Part shown: positions 40,701-55,700 of the stretch, one piece after another
Layout: every line of letters begins with the position of its first letter
How positions within the stretch are numbered: position 1 is the first letter of the stretch
Source: Nemertoderma westbladi
Lineage: Eukaryota > Animalia > Xenacoelomorpha
NCBI GenBank assembly: GCA_032718475.1
Contig: JAUCBJ010006616.1
Location: 1-64,000 of the forward strand
Direction: 5' to 3'
Length of the DNA stretch: 64,000 nt
Notes under the pieces: model-generated
Seen by the model: only the letters and a program-made list of their open reading frames with translations
What the model was told of the DNA's origin: nothing
Databases searched by the model: none
Made by a program: the position numbers and the translations under genes

Positions 40701-43700
40701 CAAGTCTTTACAGAGTTATGAAGAATCAACAACTTCACCTTTGGATTCTAAGATTGAATTGGAAACAAAACTTGTTTCGCAAGATGTTTCAACAGTCCAT
40801 GTTGAGATTAAGGACGATATTGACAAATTCGCAGAACAGTCCGAGTCTATAGAGTACAATATTGATGTGAAGGATGATCAAATGTCTATAGAGCAGGAGT
40901 CATTAATTATCCAAATACCTGCAGATACTCAAATAGACATGAAGGATGAGTCAGAGTTTGATCTTCCTTTGAAAGAAGCACCGTATTTGAGCCCAGAATC
41001 TGAGACTATTTCTACAGAACTAGCTGAGGGAATTGATGCTCCGGTTGTAAAAGATGGTGACGCTTTACAATCAAAGCTATCTGAAGAAAAGACTGAACCA
41101 ATTTTAGATTTGGAAAATCTCTTAGAACAAGCACCTATCACTGAACCTATTTCATTTTCTGAAAAGGTTATTTCTTCTGGTGTACCTACTACTGGAACAG
41201 TTGGTGTAGAATCTGTTGTTGACATCGACGATGTTGAAATAAGTGAAGCTGATGCCACAATATTGGACAAGAAGAGTTATGAAGAATCAACAACTTATCC
41301 TTTGGATTCTAAGATTGAATTTGAAACAAAACGTGTTTCGCAAGATGTTTCAACAGTCCATGTTGAGATTAAGGACGATATTGACACATTTGCTGAACAG
41401 TCCGAGTCTATAGAGTACACTATTGATGTGAAGGATGATCAAATGTCTATAGAGCAGGAGTCATTAATTATCCAAATACCTGCAGATACTCAAATAGACA
41501 CGAAGGATGAGTCAGTGTCTGCTCTTCCATTGGAAGAAGCACCATATTTGAGCCCAGAATCTGAGACTATTTCTACAGAACTATCTGATGGAATTGAAAC
41601 TCCAGTTGTAAAAGATGGTGACGCTTTACAATCACAACTATCTGATGAAAAGACCGAATCAATTTTAGATTTGGAAAATCTCTTAGAACAAGCACCTATC
41701 ACTGAACCTATTTCATTTTCTGAAAAAGTTGTTTCCACTGAAGTTCCAACTGTTGGAACACTTGATGATGAATCTGTTGTTGACATTGACGATGTTGAAA
41801 TATGTGAAGGTGATACCACAAAATTGGACAAGTCTTTACAGAGTTATGATGAATCAACAACTTCACCTTTGGATTCTAAGATTGAATTTGAAACAAAACT
41901 TGTTTCGCAAGATGTTTCAACAGTCCATATTGAGATTAAGGATGATATTGACAAATTTGCAGAACAGTCCGAGTCCATAGAGTACACTATTGATGTGAAG
42001 GATGATCAAATGTCTATAGAGCAGGAGTCATTAATTATCCAAATACCTGCAGATACTCAAATAGACATGAAGGATGAGTCAGAGTCTGATCTTCCATTGA
42101 AAGGAGCACCATATTTGAGCCCAGAATCTGAGACTATTTCTACAGAACTAGCTGTGGGAATTGAAACTCCAATTGTAAACGATGGTGACGCTTTACAATC
42201 ACAGCTATCTGAAGAAAAGACTGAACCAATTTTAGATTTGGAAAATCTCTTAGAACAAGCACCTATCACTGAACCTATTTCATTTTCTGAAAAGGTTATT
42301 TCCTCTGGTGTACCTACTACTGGAACAGTTGGTGTAGAATCTGTTGTTGACATCGACGATGTTGAAATAAGTGAAGCTGATGCCACAATATTGGACAAGA
42401 AGAGTTATGAAGAATCAACAACTTATCCTTTGGATTCTAAGATTGAATTTGAAACAAAACGTGTTTCGCAAGATGTTTCAACAGTCCATGTTGAGATTAA
42501 GGACGATATTGACACATTTGCTGAACAGTCCGAGTCTATAGAGTACACTATTGATGTGAAGGATGATCAAATGTCTATAGAGCAGGAGTCATTAATTATC
42601 CAAATACCTGCAGATACTCAAATAGACACGAAGGATGAGTCAGTGTCTGCTCTTCCATTGGAAGAAGCACCATATTTGAGCCCAGAATCTGAGACTATTT
42701 CTACAGAACTATCTGATGGAATTGAAACTCCAGTTGTAAAAGATGGTGACGCTTTACAATCACAACTATCTGATGAAAAGACCGAATCAATTTTAGATTT
42801 GGAAAATCTCTTAGAACAAGCACCTATCACTGAACCTATTTCATTTTCTGAAAAAGTTGTTTCCACTGAAGTTCCAACTGTTGGAACACTTGATGATGAA
42901 TCTGTTGTTGACATTGACGATGTTGAAATATGTGAAGGTGATACCACAAAATTGGACAAGTCTTTACAGAGTTATGATGAATCAACAACTTCACCTTTGG
43001 ATTCTAAGATTGAATTTGAAACAAAACTTGTTTCGCAAGATGTTTCAACAGTCCATATTGAGATTAAGGATGATATTGACAAATTTGCAGAACAGTCCGA
43101 GTCTATAGAGTACACTATTGATGTGAAGGATGATCAAATGTCTATAGAGCAGGAGTCATTAATTATCCAAATACCTGCAGATACTCAAATAGACATGAAG
43201 GATGAGTCAGAGTCTGATCTTCCATTGAAAGGAGCACCATATTTGAGCCCAGAATCTGAGACTATTTCTACAGAACTAGCTGTGGGAATTGAAACTCCAA
43301 TTGTAAACGATGGTGACGCTTTACAATCACAGCTATCTGAAGAAAAGACTGAACCAATTTTAGATTTGGAAAATCTCTTAGAACAAGCACCTATCACTGA
43401 ACCTATTTCATTTTCTGAAAAGGTTATTTCCTCTGGTGTACCTACTACTGGAACAGTTGGTGTAGAATCTGTTGTTGACATCGACGATGTTGAAATAAGT
43501 GAAGCTATTGCCACAATATTGGACAAGTCTTTACAGAGTTATGAAGAATCAACAACTTCACCTTTGGATTCTAAGATTGAATTTGAAACAAAACTTGTTT
43601 CGCAAGATGTTTCAACTGTCCATGTTGAGATTAAGGACGATATTGACACATTTGCAGAACAGTCCGAGTCTATAGAGTACACTATTGATGTGAAGGATGA

Positions 43701-46700
43701 TCAAATGTCTATAGAGCAGGAGTCATTAATTATCCAAATACCTGCAGAAACACAAATAGACATGAAGGATGAGTCAGTGTCTGCTCTTCCATTGGAAGAA
43801 GCACCATATTTGAGCCCAGAATCTGAGACTATTTCTACAGAACTAGCTGAGGGAATTGAAACTCCAGTTGTAAAAGATGGTGACGCTTTACAATCAAAGC
43901 TATCTGAAGAAAAGACTGAACCAATTTTAGATTTGGAAAATCTCTTAGAACAGGCACCTATCACTGAACCTATTTCATTTTCTGAAAAGGTTATTTCCTC
44001 TGGTGTGCCTACTACTGGAACAGTTGGTGTAGAATCTGTTGTTGACATCGACGATGTTGAAATAAGTGAAGCTGATGCCACAATATTGGACAAGTCTTTA
44101 CAGAGTTATGAAGAATCAACAACTTCACCTTTGGATTCTAAGATTGAATTTGAAACAAAACTTGTTTCGCAAGATGTTTCAACTGTCCATGTTGAGATTA
44201 AGGACGATATTGACACATTTGCAGAACAGTCCGAGTCTATAGAGTACACTATTGATGTGAAGGATGATCAAATGTCTATAGAGCAGGAGTCATTAATTAT
44301 CCAAATACCTGCAGATACTCAAATAGACATGAAGGATGAGTCAGAGTCTGATCTTCCATTGAAAGGAGCACCATATTTGAGCCCAGAATCTGAGACTATT
44401 TCTACAGAACTAGCTGTGGGAATTGAAACTCCAATTGTAAACGATGGTGACGCTTTACAATCAAAGCTATCTGAAGAAAAGACTGAACCAATTTTAGATT
44501 TGGAAAATCTCTTAGAACAAGCACCTATCACTGAACCTATTTCATTTTCTGAAAAGGTTATTTCCTCTGGTGTACCTACTACTGGAACAGTTGGTGTAGA
44601 ATCTGTTGTTGACATCGACGATGTTGAAATAAGTGAAGCTAATGCCACAATATTGGACAAGTCTTTACAGAGTTATGAAGAATCAACAACTTCACCTTTG
44701 GATTCTAAGATTGAATTTGAAACAAAACTTGTTTCGCAAGATGTTTCAACTGTCCATGTTGAGATTAAGGACGATATTGACACATTTGCTGAACAGTCCG
44801 AGTCTATAGAGTACACTATTGATGTGAAGGATGATCAAATGTCTATAGAGCAGGATTCATTAATTATCCAAATACCTGCAGATACTAAAATAGACACGAA
44901 GGATGAGTCAGTGTCTGATCTTCCATTGGAAGAAGCACCATATTTGAGCCCAGAATCTGAGACTATTTCTACAGAACTAGCTGTGGGAATTGAAACTCCA
45001 GTTGTAAACGATGGTGACGCTTTACAATCAAAGCTATCTGAAGAAAAGACTGAACCAATTTTAGATTTGGAAAATCTCTTAGAACAAGCACCTATCACTG
45101 AACCTATTTCATTTTCTGAAAAAGTTGTTTCCACTGAAGTTCCAACTGTTGGAACACTTGATGATGAATCTGTTGTTGACATTGACGATATTGAAATAAG
45201 TGAAGCTGATGCCACAAAATTGGACAAGTCTTTACAGAGTTATGAAGAATCAACAACTTCTCCTTTGGATTCTAAGATTGAATTTGAAACAAAACTTGTT
45301 TCGCAAGATGTTTCAATTGTCCATGTTGAGATTAAGGATGATATTGACAAATTTGCAGAACAGTCAGAGTCTATAGAGTACACTATTGATGTGAAGGATG
45401 ATCAAATGTCTATAGAGCAGGAGTCATTAATTATCCAAATACCTGCAGATACTCAAATAGACATGAAGGATGAGTCAGAGTCTGATCTTCCATTGAAAGG
45501 AGCACCGTATTTGAGCCCAGAATCTGAGACTATTTCTACAGAACTAGCTGTGGGAATTGAAACTCCAGTTGTAAACGATGGTGACGCTTTACAATCAAAG
45601 TTATCTGAAGAGAAGACTGAACCAATTTTAGATTTGGAAAATCTCTTAGAACAAGCACCTATAACTGAACCTATTTCATTTTCTGAAAAGGTTATTTCCT
45701 CTGGTGTACCTACTACTGGAACAGTTGGTGTAGAATCTGTTGTTGACATCGACGATGTTGAAATAAGTGAAGCTGATGCCACAATATTGGACAAGTCTTT
45801 ACAGAGTTATGAAGAATCAACAACTTCACCTTTGGATTCTAAGATTGAATTTGAAACAAAACTTGTTTCGCAAGATGTTTCAACTGTCCATGTTGAGATT
45901 AAGGACGATATGGACACATTTGCAGAACAGTCCGAGTCTATAGAGTACACTATTGATTTTAAGGATGATCAAATGTCTATAGAGCAGGAGTCATTAATTA
46001 TCCAAATACCTGCAGAAACACAAATAGACATGAAGGATGTGTCAGAGTCTGCTCTTCCATTGGAAGAAGCACCATATTTGAGCCCAGAATCTGAGACTAT
46101 TTCTACAGAACTAGCTGAGGGAATTGAAACTACAGTTGTAAAAGATGGTGACGCTTTACAATCAAAGCTATCTGAAGAAAAGACTGAACCAATTTTAGAT
46201 TTGGAAAATCTCTTAGAACAAGCATCTAATACTGCACCTATTTCATTTTCTGAAAAGGTTATTTCCTCTGGTGTACCTACTACTGGAACATTTGGTGTAG
46301 AATCTGTTGTTGACATCGACGATGTTGAAATAAGTGAAGCTGATGCCACAATATTGGACAAGTCTTTACAGAGTTATGAAGAATCAACAACTTCACCTTT
46401 GGATTCTAAGATTGAATTTGAAACAAAACTTGTTTCGCAAGATGTTTCAACTGTCCATGTTGAGATTAAGGACGATATTGACACATTTGCAGAACAGTCC
46501 GAGTCTATAGAGTACACTATTGATGTGAAGGATGATCAAATGTCTATAGAGCAGGAGTCATTAATTATCCAAATACCTGCAGAAACACAAATAGACATGA
46601 AGGATGAGTCAGAGTCTGCTCTTCCATTGGAAGAAGCACCATATTTGAGCCCAGAATCTGAGACTATTTCTACAGAACTAGCTGAGGGAATTGAAACTCC

Positions 46701-49700
46701 AGTTGTAAAAGATGGTGACGCTTTACAATCAAAGCTATCTGAAGAAAAGACTGAACCAATTTTAGATTTGGAAAATCTCTTAGAACAAGCATCTAATACT
46801 GCACCTATTTCATTTTCTGAAAAGGTTATTTCCTCTGGTGTACCTACTACTGGAACAGTTGGTGTAGAATCTGTTGTTGACATCGACGATGTTGAAATAA
46901 GTGAAGCTGATGCCACAATATTGGACAAGTCTTTACAGAGTTATGAAGAATCAACAACTTCACCTTTGGATTCTAAGATTGAATTTGAATCAAAACTTGT
47001 TTCGCAAGATGTTTCAACTGTCCATGTTGAGATTAAGGACGATATTGACACATTTGCAGAACAGTCCGAGTCTATAGAGTACAATATTGATGTGAAGGAT
47101 AATCAAATGTCCATAGAGCAGGAGTCATTAATTATCCAAATACCTGCAGATACTCAAATAGACATGAAGGATGAGTCAGAGTCTAATCTTCCATTGAAAG
47201 GAGCACCGTATTTGAGCCCAGAATCTGAGACTATTTTTACAGAACTAGCTGTGGGAATTGAAACTCCAGTTGTAAACGATGGTGACGCTTTACAATCAAA
47301 GCTATCTGAAGAAAAGACTGAACCAATTTTAGATTTGGAAAATCTCTTAGAACAAGCACCTATAACTGCAACCTATTTCATTTTCTGAAAAGGTTATTTC
47401 CTCTGGTGTACCTACTACTGGAACAGTTGGTGTAGAATCTGTTGTTGACATCGACGATGTTGAAATAAGTGAAGCTGATGCCACAATATTGGACAAGTCT
47501 TTACAGAGTTATGAAGAATCAACAACTTCACCTTTGGATTCTAAGATTGAATTTGAAACAAAACTTGTTTCGCAAGATGTTTCAACTGTCCATGTTGAGA
47601 TTAAGGACGATATGGACACATTTGCAGAACAGTCCGAGTCTATAGAGTACACTATTGATTTTAAGGATGATCAAATGTCTATAGAGCAGGAGTCATTAAT
47701 TATCCAAATACCTGCAGAAACACAAATAGACATGAAGGATGTGTCAGAGTCTGCTCTTCCATTGGAAGAAGCACCATATTTGAGCCCAGAATCTGAGACT
47801 ATTTCTACAGAACTAGCTGAGGGAATTGAAACTACAGTTGTAAAAGATGGTGACGCTTTACAATCAAAGCTATCTGAAGAAAAGACTGAACCAATTTTAG
47901 ATTTGGAAAATCTCTTAGAACAAGCATCTAATACTGCACCTATTTCATTTTCTGAAAAGGTTATTTCCTCTGGTGTACCTACTACTGGAACAGTTGGTGT
48001 AGAATCTGTTGTTGACATCGACGATGTTGAAATAAGTGAAGCTGATGCCACAATATTGGACAAGTCTTTACAGAGTTATGAAGAATCAACAACTTCACCT
48101 TTGGATTCTAAGATTGAATTTGAATCAAAACTTGTTTCGCAAGATGTTTCAACTGTCCATGTTGAGATTAAGGACGATATTGACACATTTGCAGAACAGT
48201 CCGAGTCTATAGAGTACAATATTGATGTGAAGGATAATCAAATGTCCATAGAGCAGGAGTCATTAATTATCCAAATACCTGCAGATACTCAAATAGACAT
48301 GAAGGATGAGTCAGAGTCTAATCTTCCATTGAAAGGAGCACCGTATTTGAGCCCAGAATCTGAGACTATTTTTACAGAACTAGCTGTGGGAATTGAAACT
48401 CCAGTTGTAAACGATGGTGACGCTTTACAATCAAAGCTATCTGAAGAAAAGACTGAACCAATTTTAGATTTGGAAAATCTCTTAGAACAAGCACCTATCA
48501 CTGAACCTATTTCATTTTCTGAAAAGGTTATTTCCTCTGGTGTACCTACTACTGGAACAGTTGGTGTAGAATCTGTTGTTGACATCGACGATGTTGAAAT
48601 AAGTGAAGCTGATGCCACAATATTGGACAAGTCTTTACAGAGTTATGAAGAATCAACAACTTCACCTTTGGATTCTAAGATTGAATTTGAAACAAAACTT
48701 GTTTCGCAAGATGTTTCAACTGTCCATGTTGAGATTAAGGACGATATGGACACATTTGCAGAACAGTCCGAGTCTATAGAGTACACTATTGATTTTAAGG
48801 ATGATCAAATGTCTATAGAGCAGGAGTCATTAATTATCCAAATACCTGCAGAAACACAAATAGACATGAAGGATGTGTCAGAGTCTGCTCTTCCATTGGA
48901 AGAAGCACCATATTTGAGCCCAGAATCTGAGACTATTTCTACAGAACTAGCTGAGGGAATTGAAACTACAGTTGTAAAAGATGGTGACGCTTTACAATCA
49001 AAGCTATCTGAAGAAAAGACTGAACCAATTTTAGATTTGGAAAATCTCTTAGAACAAGCATCTAATACTGCACCTATTTCATTTTCTGAAAAGGTTATTT
49101 CCTCTGGTGTACCTACTACTGGAACATTTGGTGTAGAATCTGTTGTTGACATCGACGATGTTGAAATAAGTGAAGCTGATGCCACAATATTGGACAAGTC
49201 TTTACAGAGTTATGAAGAATCAACAACTTCACCTTTGGATTCTAAGATTGAATTTGAAACAAAACTTGTTTCGCAAGATGTTTCAACTGTCCATGTTGAG
49301 ATTAAGGACGATATTGACACATTTGCAGAACAGTCCGAGTCTATAGAGTACACTATTGATGTGAAGGATGATCAAATGTCTATAGAGCAGGAGTCATTAA
49401 TTATCCAAATACCTGCAGAAACACAAATAGACATGAAGGATGAGTCAGAGTCTGCTCTTCCATTGGAAGAAGCACCATATTTGAGCCCAGAATCTGAGAC
49501 TATTTCTAAAGAACTAGCTGAGGGAATTGAAACTCCAGTTGTAAAAGATGGTGACGCTTTACAATCAAAGCTATCTGAAGAAAAGACTGAACCAATTTTA
49601 GATTTGGAAAATCTCTTAGAACAAGCATCTAATACTGCACCTATTTCATTTTCTGAAAAGGTTATTTCCTCTGGTGTACCTACTACTGGAACAGTTGGTG

Positions 49701-52700
49701 TAGAATCTGTTGTTGACATCGACGATGTTGAAATAAGTGAAGCTGATGCCACAATATTGGACAAGTCTTTACAGAGTTATGAAGAATCAACAACTTCACC
49801 TTTGGATTCTAAGATTGAATTTGAATCAAAACTTGTTTCGCAAGATGTTTCAACTGTCCATGTTGAGATTAAGGACGATATTGACACATTTGCAGAACAG
49901 TCCGAGTCTATAGAGTACAATATTGATGTGAAGGATAATCAAATGTCCATAGAGCAGGAGTCATTAATTATCCAAATACCTGCAGATACTCAAATAGACA
50001 TGAAGGATGAGTCAGAGTCTAATCTTCCATTGAAAGGAGCACCGTATTTGAGCCCAGAATCTGAGACTATTTTTACAGAACTAGCTGTGGGAATTGAAAC
50101 TCCAGTTGTAAACGATGGTGACGCTTTAGAATCAAAGCTATCTGAAGAAAAGACTGAACCAATTTTAGATTTGGAAAATCTCTTAGAACAAGCACCTATA
50201 ACTCAACCTATTTCATTTTCTGAAAAGGTTATTTCCTCTGGTGTACCTACTACTGGAACAGTTGGTGTAGAATCTGTTGTTGACATCGACGATGTTGAAA
50301 TAAGTGAAGCTGATGCCACAATATTGGACAAGTCTTTACAGAGTTATGAAGAATCAACAACTTCACCTTTGGATTCTAAGATTGAATTTGAAACAAAACT
50401 TGTTTCGCAAGATGTTTCAACAGTCCACTTTGAGATTAAGGACGATATTGACACATTTGCTGAACAGTCCGAGTCTATAGAGTACAATATTGATGTGAAG
50501 GATGATCAAATGTCTATAGAGCAGGAGTCATTAATTATCCAAATACCTGCAGATACTCAAATAGACATGAAGGATGAGTCAGAGTCTGATCTTCCATTGA
50601 AAGGAGCACCGTATTTGAACCCAGAATCTGAGACTATTTCTACAGAACTAGCTGTGGGAATTGAAACTCCAGTTGTAAACGATGGTGACGCTTTACAATC
50701 AAAGCTATCTGAAGAAAAGACTGAACCAATTTTAGATTTGGAAAATCTCTTAGAACAAGCACCTATCACTGAACCTATTTCATTTTCTGAAAAGGTTATT
50801 TCCTCTGGTGTACCTACTACTGGAACAGTTGGTGTAGAATCTGTTGTTGACATCGACGATGTTGAAATAAGTGAAGCTGATGCCACAATATTGGACAAGT
50901 CTTTACAGAGTTATGAAGAATCAACAACTTCACCTTTGGATTCTAAGATTGAATTTGAAACAAAACTTGTTTCGCAAGATGTTTCAACTGTCCATGTTGA
51001 GATTAAGGACGATATTGACACATTTGCAGAACAGTCCGAGTCTATAGAGTACACTATTGATGTGAAGGATGATCAAATGTCTATAGAGCAGGAGTCATTA
51101 ATTATCCAAATACCTGCAGAAACACAAATAGACATGAAGGATGTGTCAGAGTCTGCTCTTCCATTGGAAGAAGCACCATATTTGAGCCCAGAATCTGAGA
51201 CTATTTCTACAGAACTAGCTGAGGGAATTGAAACTCCAGTTGTAAAAGATGGTGACGCTTTACAATCAAAGCTATCTGAAGAAAAGACTGAACCAATTTT
51301 AGATTTGGAAAATCTCTTAGAACAAGCATCTAATACTGCACCTATTTCATTTTCTGAAAAAGTTGTTTCCACTGAAGTTCCAACTGTTGGAACACTTGAT
51401 GATGAATCTGTTGTTGACATTGACGATGTTGAAATATGTGAAGCTGATACCACAAAATTGGACAAGTCTTTACAGAGTTATGAAGAATCAACAACTTCAC
51501 CTTTGGATTCTAAGATTGAATTTGAAACAAAACTTGTTTCGCAAGATGTTTCAACTGTCCATGTTGAGATTAAGGACGATATTGACACATTTGCAGAACA
51601 GTCCGAGTCTATAGAGTACACTATTGATGTGAAGGATGATCAAATGTCTATAGAGCAGGAGTCATTAATTATCCAAATACCTGCAGAAACACAAATAGAC
51701 ATGAAGGATGTGTCAGAGTCTGATCTTCCATTGAAAGGAGCACCGTATTTGAACCCAGAATCTGAGACTATTTCTACAGAACTAGCTGAGGGAATTGAAA
51801 CTCCAGTTGTAAAAGATGGTGACGCTTTACAATCAAAGCTATCTGAAGAAAAGACTGAACCAATTTTAGATTTGGAAAATCTCTTAGAACAAGCACCTAT
51901 AACTGAACCTATTTCATTTTCTGAAAAGGTTATTTCCTCTGGTGTACCTACTACTGGAACAGGTGGTGTAGAATCTGTTGTTGACATCGACGATGTTGAA
52001 ATAAGTGAAGCTGATGCCACAATATTGGACAAGTCTTTACAGAGTTATGAAGAATCAACAACTTCACCTTTGGATTCTAAGATTGAATTTGAAACAAAAC
52101 TTGTTTCGCAAGATGTTTCAACTGTCCATGTTGAGATTAAGGACGATATTGACACATTTGCAGAACAGTCCGAGTCTATAGAGTACAATATTGATGTGAA
52201 GGATGATCAAATGTCTATAGAGCAGGAGTCATTAATTATCCAAATACCTGCAGATACTCAAATAGACATGAAGGATGAGTCAGAGTCTGATCTTCCATTG
52301 AAAGGAGCACCGTATTTGAACCCAGAATCTGAGACTATTTCTACAGAACTAGCTGTGGGAATTGAAACTCCAGTTGTAAACGATGGTGACGCTTTACAAT
52401 CAAAGCTATCTGAAGAAAAGACTGAACCAATTTTAGATTTGGAAAATCTCTTAGAACAAGCACCTATCACTGAACCTATTTCATTTTCTGAAAAGGTTAT
52501 TTCCTCTGGTGTACCTACTACTGGAACAGTTGGTGTAGAATCTGTTGTTGACATCGACGATGTTGAAATAAGTGAAGCTGATGCCACAATATTGGACAAG
52601 TCTTTACAGAGTTATGAAGAATCAACAACTTCACCTTTGGATTCTAAGATTGAATTTGAAACAAAACTTGTTTCGCAAGATGTTTCAACTGTCCATGTTG

Positions 52701-55700
52701 AGATTAAGGACGATATTGACACATTTGCAGAACAGTCCGAGTCTATAGAGTACACTATTGATGTGAAGGATGATCAAATGTCTATAGAGCAGGAGTCATT
52801 AATTATCCAAATACCTGCAGAAACACAAATAGACATGAAGGATGTTTCAGAGTCTGATCTTCCATTGGAAGAAGCACCATATTTGAGCCCAGAATCTGAG
52901 ACTATTTCTACAGAACTAGCTGAGGGAATTGAAACTCCAGTTGTAAAAGATGGTGACGCTTTACAATCAAAGTTATCTGAAGAAAAGACTGAACCAATTT
53001 TAGATTTGGAAAATCTCTTAGAACAAGCACCTATAACTGAACCTATTTCATTTTCTGAAAAGGTTATTTCCTCTGGTGTACCTACTACTGGAACAGGTGG
53101 TGTAGAATCTGTTGTTGACATCGACGATGTTGAAATAAGTGAAGCTGATGCCACAATATTGGACAAGTCTTTACAGAGTTATGAAGAATCAACAACTTCA
53201 CCTTTGGATTCTAAGATTGAATTTGAAACAAAACTTGTTTCGCAAGATGTTTCAACTGTCCATGTTGAGATTAAGGACGATATTGACACATTTGCAGAAC
53301 AGTCCGAGTCTATAGAGTACACTATTGATTTTAAGGATGATCAAATGTCTATAGAGCAGGAGTCATTAATTATCCAAATACCTGCAGAAACACAAATAGA
53401 CATGAAGGATGTGTCAGAGTCTGCTCTTCCATTGGAAGAAGCACCATATTTGAGCCCAGAATCTGAGACTATTTCTACAGAACAAGCTGAGGGAATTGAA
53501 ACTCCAGTTGTAAAAGATGGTGACGCTTTACAATCAAAGCTATCTGAAGAAAAGACTGAACCAATTTTAGATTTGGAAAATCTCTTAGAACAAGCACCTA
53601 TCACTGCACCTATTTCATTTTCTGAAAAGGTTATTTTCTCTGGTGTACCTACTACTGGAACAGTTGGTGTAGAATCTGTTGTTGACATCGACGATGTTGA
53701 AATAAGTGAAGCTGATGCCACAATATTGGACAAGTCTTTACAGAGTTATGAAGAATCAACAACTTCACCTTTGGATTCTAAGATTGAATTTGAAACAAAA
53801 CTTGTTTCGCAAGATGTTTCAACTGTCCATGTTGAGATTAAGGACGATATTGACAAATTTGCAGAACAGTCCGAGTCTATAGAGTACACTATTGATGTGA
53901 AGGATGATCAGATGTCTATAGAGCAGGAGTCATTAATTATCCAAATACCTGCAGAAACACAAATAGACATGAAGGATGAGTCAGTGTCTGCTCTTCCATT
54001 GGAAGAAGCACCATATTTGAGCCCAGAATCTGAGACTATTTCTGCAGAACTAGCTGAGGGAATTGAAACTCGAGTTGTAAAAGATGGTGACGCTTTACAA
54101 TCAAAGCTATCTGAAGAAAAGACTGAACCAATTTTAGATTTGGAAAATCTCTTAGAACAAGCATCTAATACTGCACCTATTTCATTTTCAGAAAAGGTTA
54201 TTTCCTCTGGTGTACCTACTACTGGAACAGTTGGTGAAGAATCTGTTGTTGACATCGACGATGTTGAAATAAGTGAAGCTGATGCCACAATATTGGACAA
54301 GTCTTTACAGAGTTATGAAGAATCAACAACTTCACCTTTGGATTCTAAGATTGAATTTGAAACAAAACTTGTTTCGCAAGATGTTTCATCAGTCCATGTT
54401 GAGATTAAGGACGATATTGACACATTTGCTGAACAGTCCGAGTCTATAGAGTACAATATTGATGTGAAGGATGATCAAATGTCTATAGAGCAGGAGTCAT
54501 TAATTATCCAAATACCTGCAGATACTCAAATAGACATGAAGGATGAGTCAGAGTCTGATCTTCCATTGAAAGGAGCACCGTATTTGAACCCAGAATCTGA
54601 GACTATTTCTACAGAACTAGCTGTGGGAATTGAAACTCCAGTTGTAAACGATGGTGACGCTTTACAATCAAAGCTATCTGAAGAAAAGACTGAACCAATT
54701 TTAGATTTGGAAAATCTCTTAGAACAAGCACCTATCACTGAACCTATTTCATTTTCTGAAAAGGTTATTTCCTCTGGTGTACCTACTACTGGAACAGTTG
54801 GTGTAGAATCTGTTGTTGACATCGACGATGTTGAAATAAGTGAAGCTGATGCCACAATATTGGACAAGTCTTTACAGAGTTATGAAGAATCAACAACTTC
54901 ACCTTTGGATTCTAAGATTGAATTTGAAACAAAACTTGTTTCGCAAGATGTTTCAACTGTCCATGTTGAGATTAAGGACGATATTGACACATTTGCAGAA
55001 CAGTCCGAGTCTATAGAGTACACTATTGATGTGAAGGATGATCAAATGTCTATAGAGCAGGAGTCATTAATTATCCAAATACCTGCAGATACTCAAATAG
55101 ACATGAAGGATGTGTCAGAGTCTGCTCTTCCATTGGAAGAAGCACCATATTTGAGCCCAGAATCTGAGACTATTTCTACAGAACTAGCTGAGGGAATTGA
55201 AACTCCAGTTGTAAAAGATGGTGACGCTTTACAATCAAAGCTATCTGAAGAAAAGACTGAACCAATTTTAGATTTGGAAAATCTCTTAGAACAAGCATCT
55301 AATACTGCACCTATTTCATTTTCTGAAAAGGTTATTTCCTCTGGTGTACCTACTACTGGAACAGTTGGTGTAGAATCTGTTGTTGACATCGACGATGTTG
55401 AAATAAGTGAAGCTGATGCCACAATATTGGACAAGTCTTTACAGAGTTATGAAGAATCAACAACTTCACCTTTGGATTCTAAGATTGAATTTGAAACAAA
55501 ACTTGTTTGGCAAGATGTTTCAACAGTCCATGTTGAGATTAAGGACGATATTGACAAATTTGCAGAACAGTCCGAGTCTATAGAGTACACTATTGATGTG
55601 AAGGATGATCAGATGTCTATAAAGCAGGAGTCATTAATTATCCAAATACCTGCAGAAATACAAATAGTCATGAAGGATGTGTCAGAGTCTGCTCTTCCAT

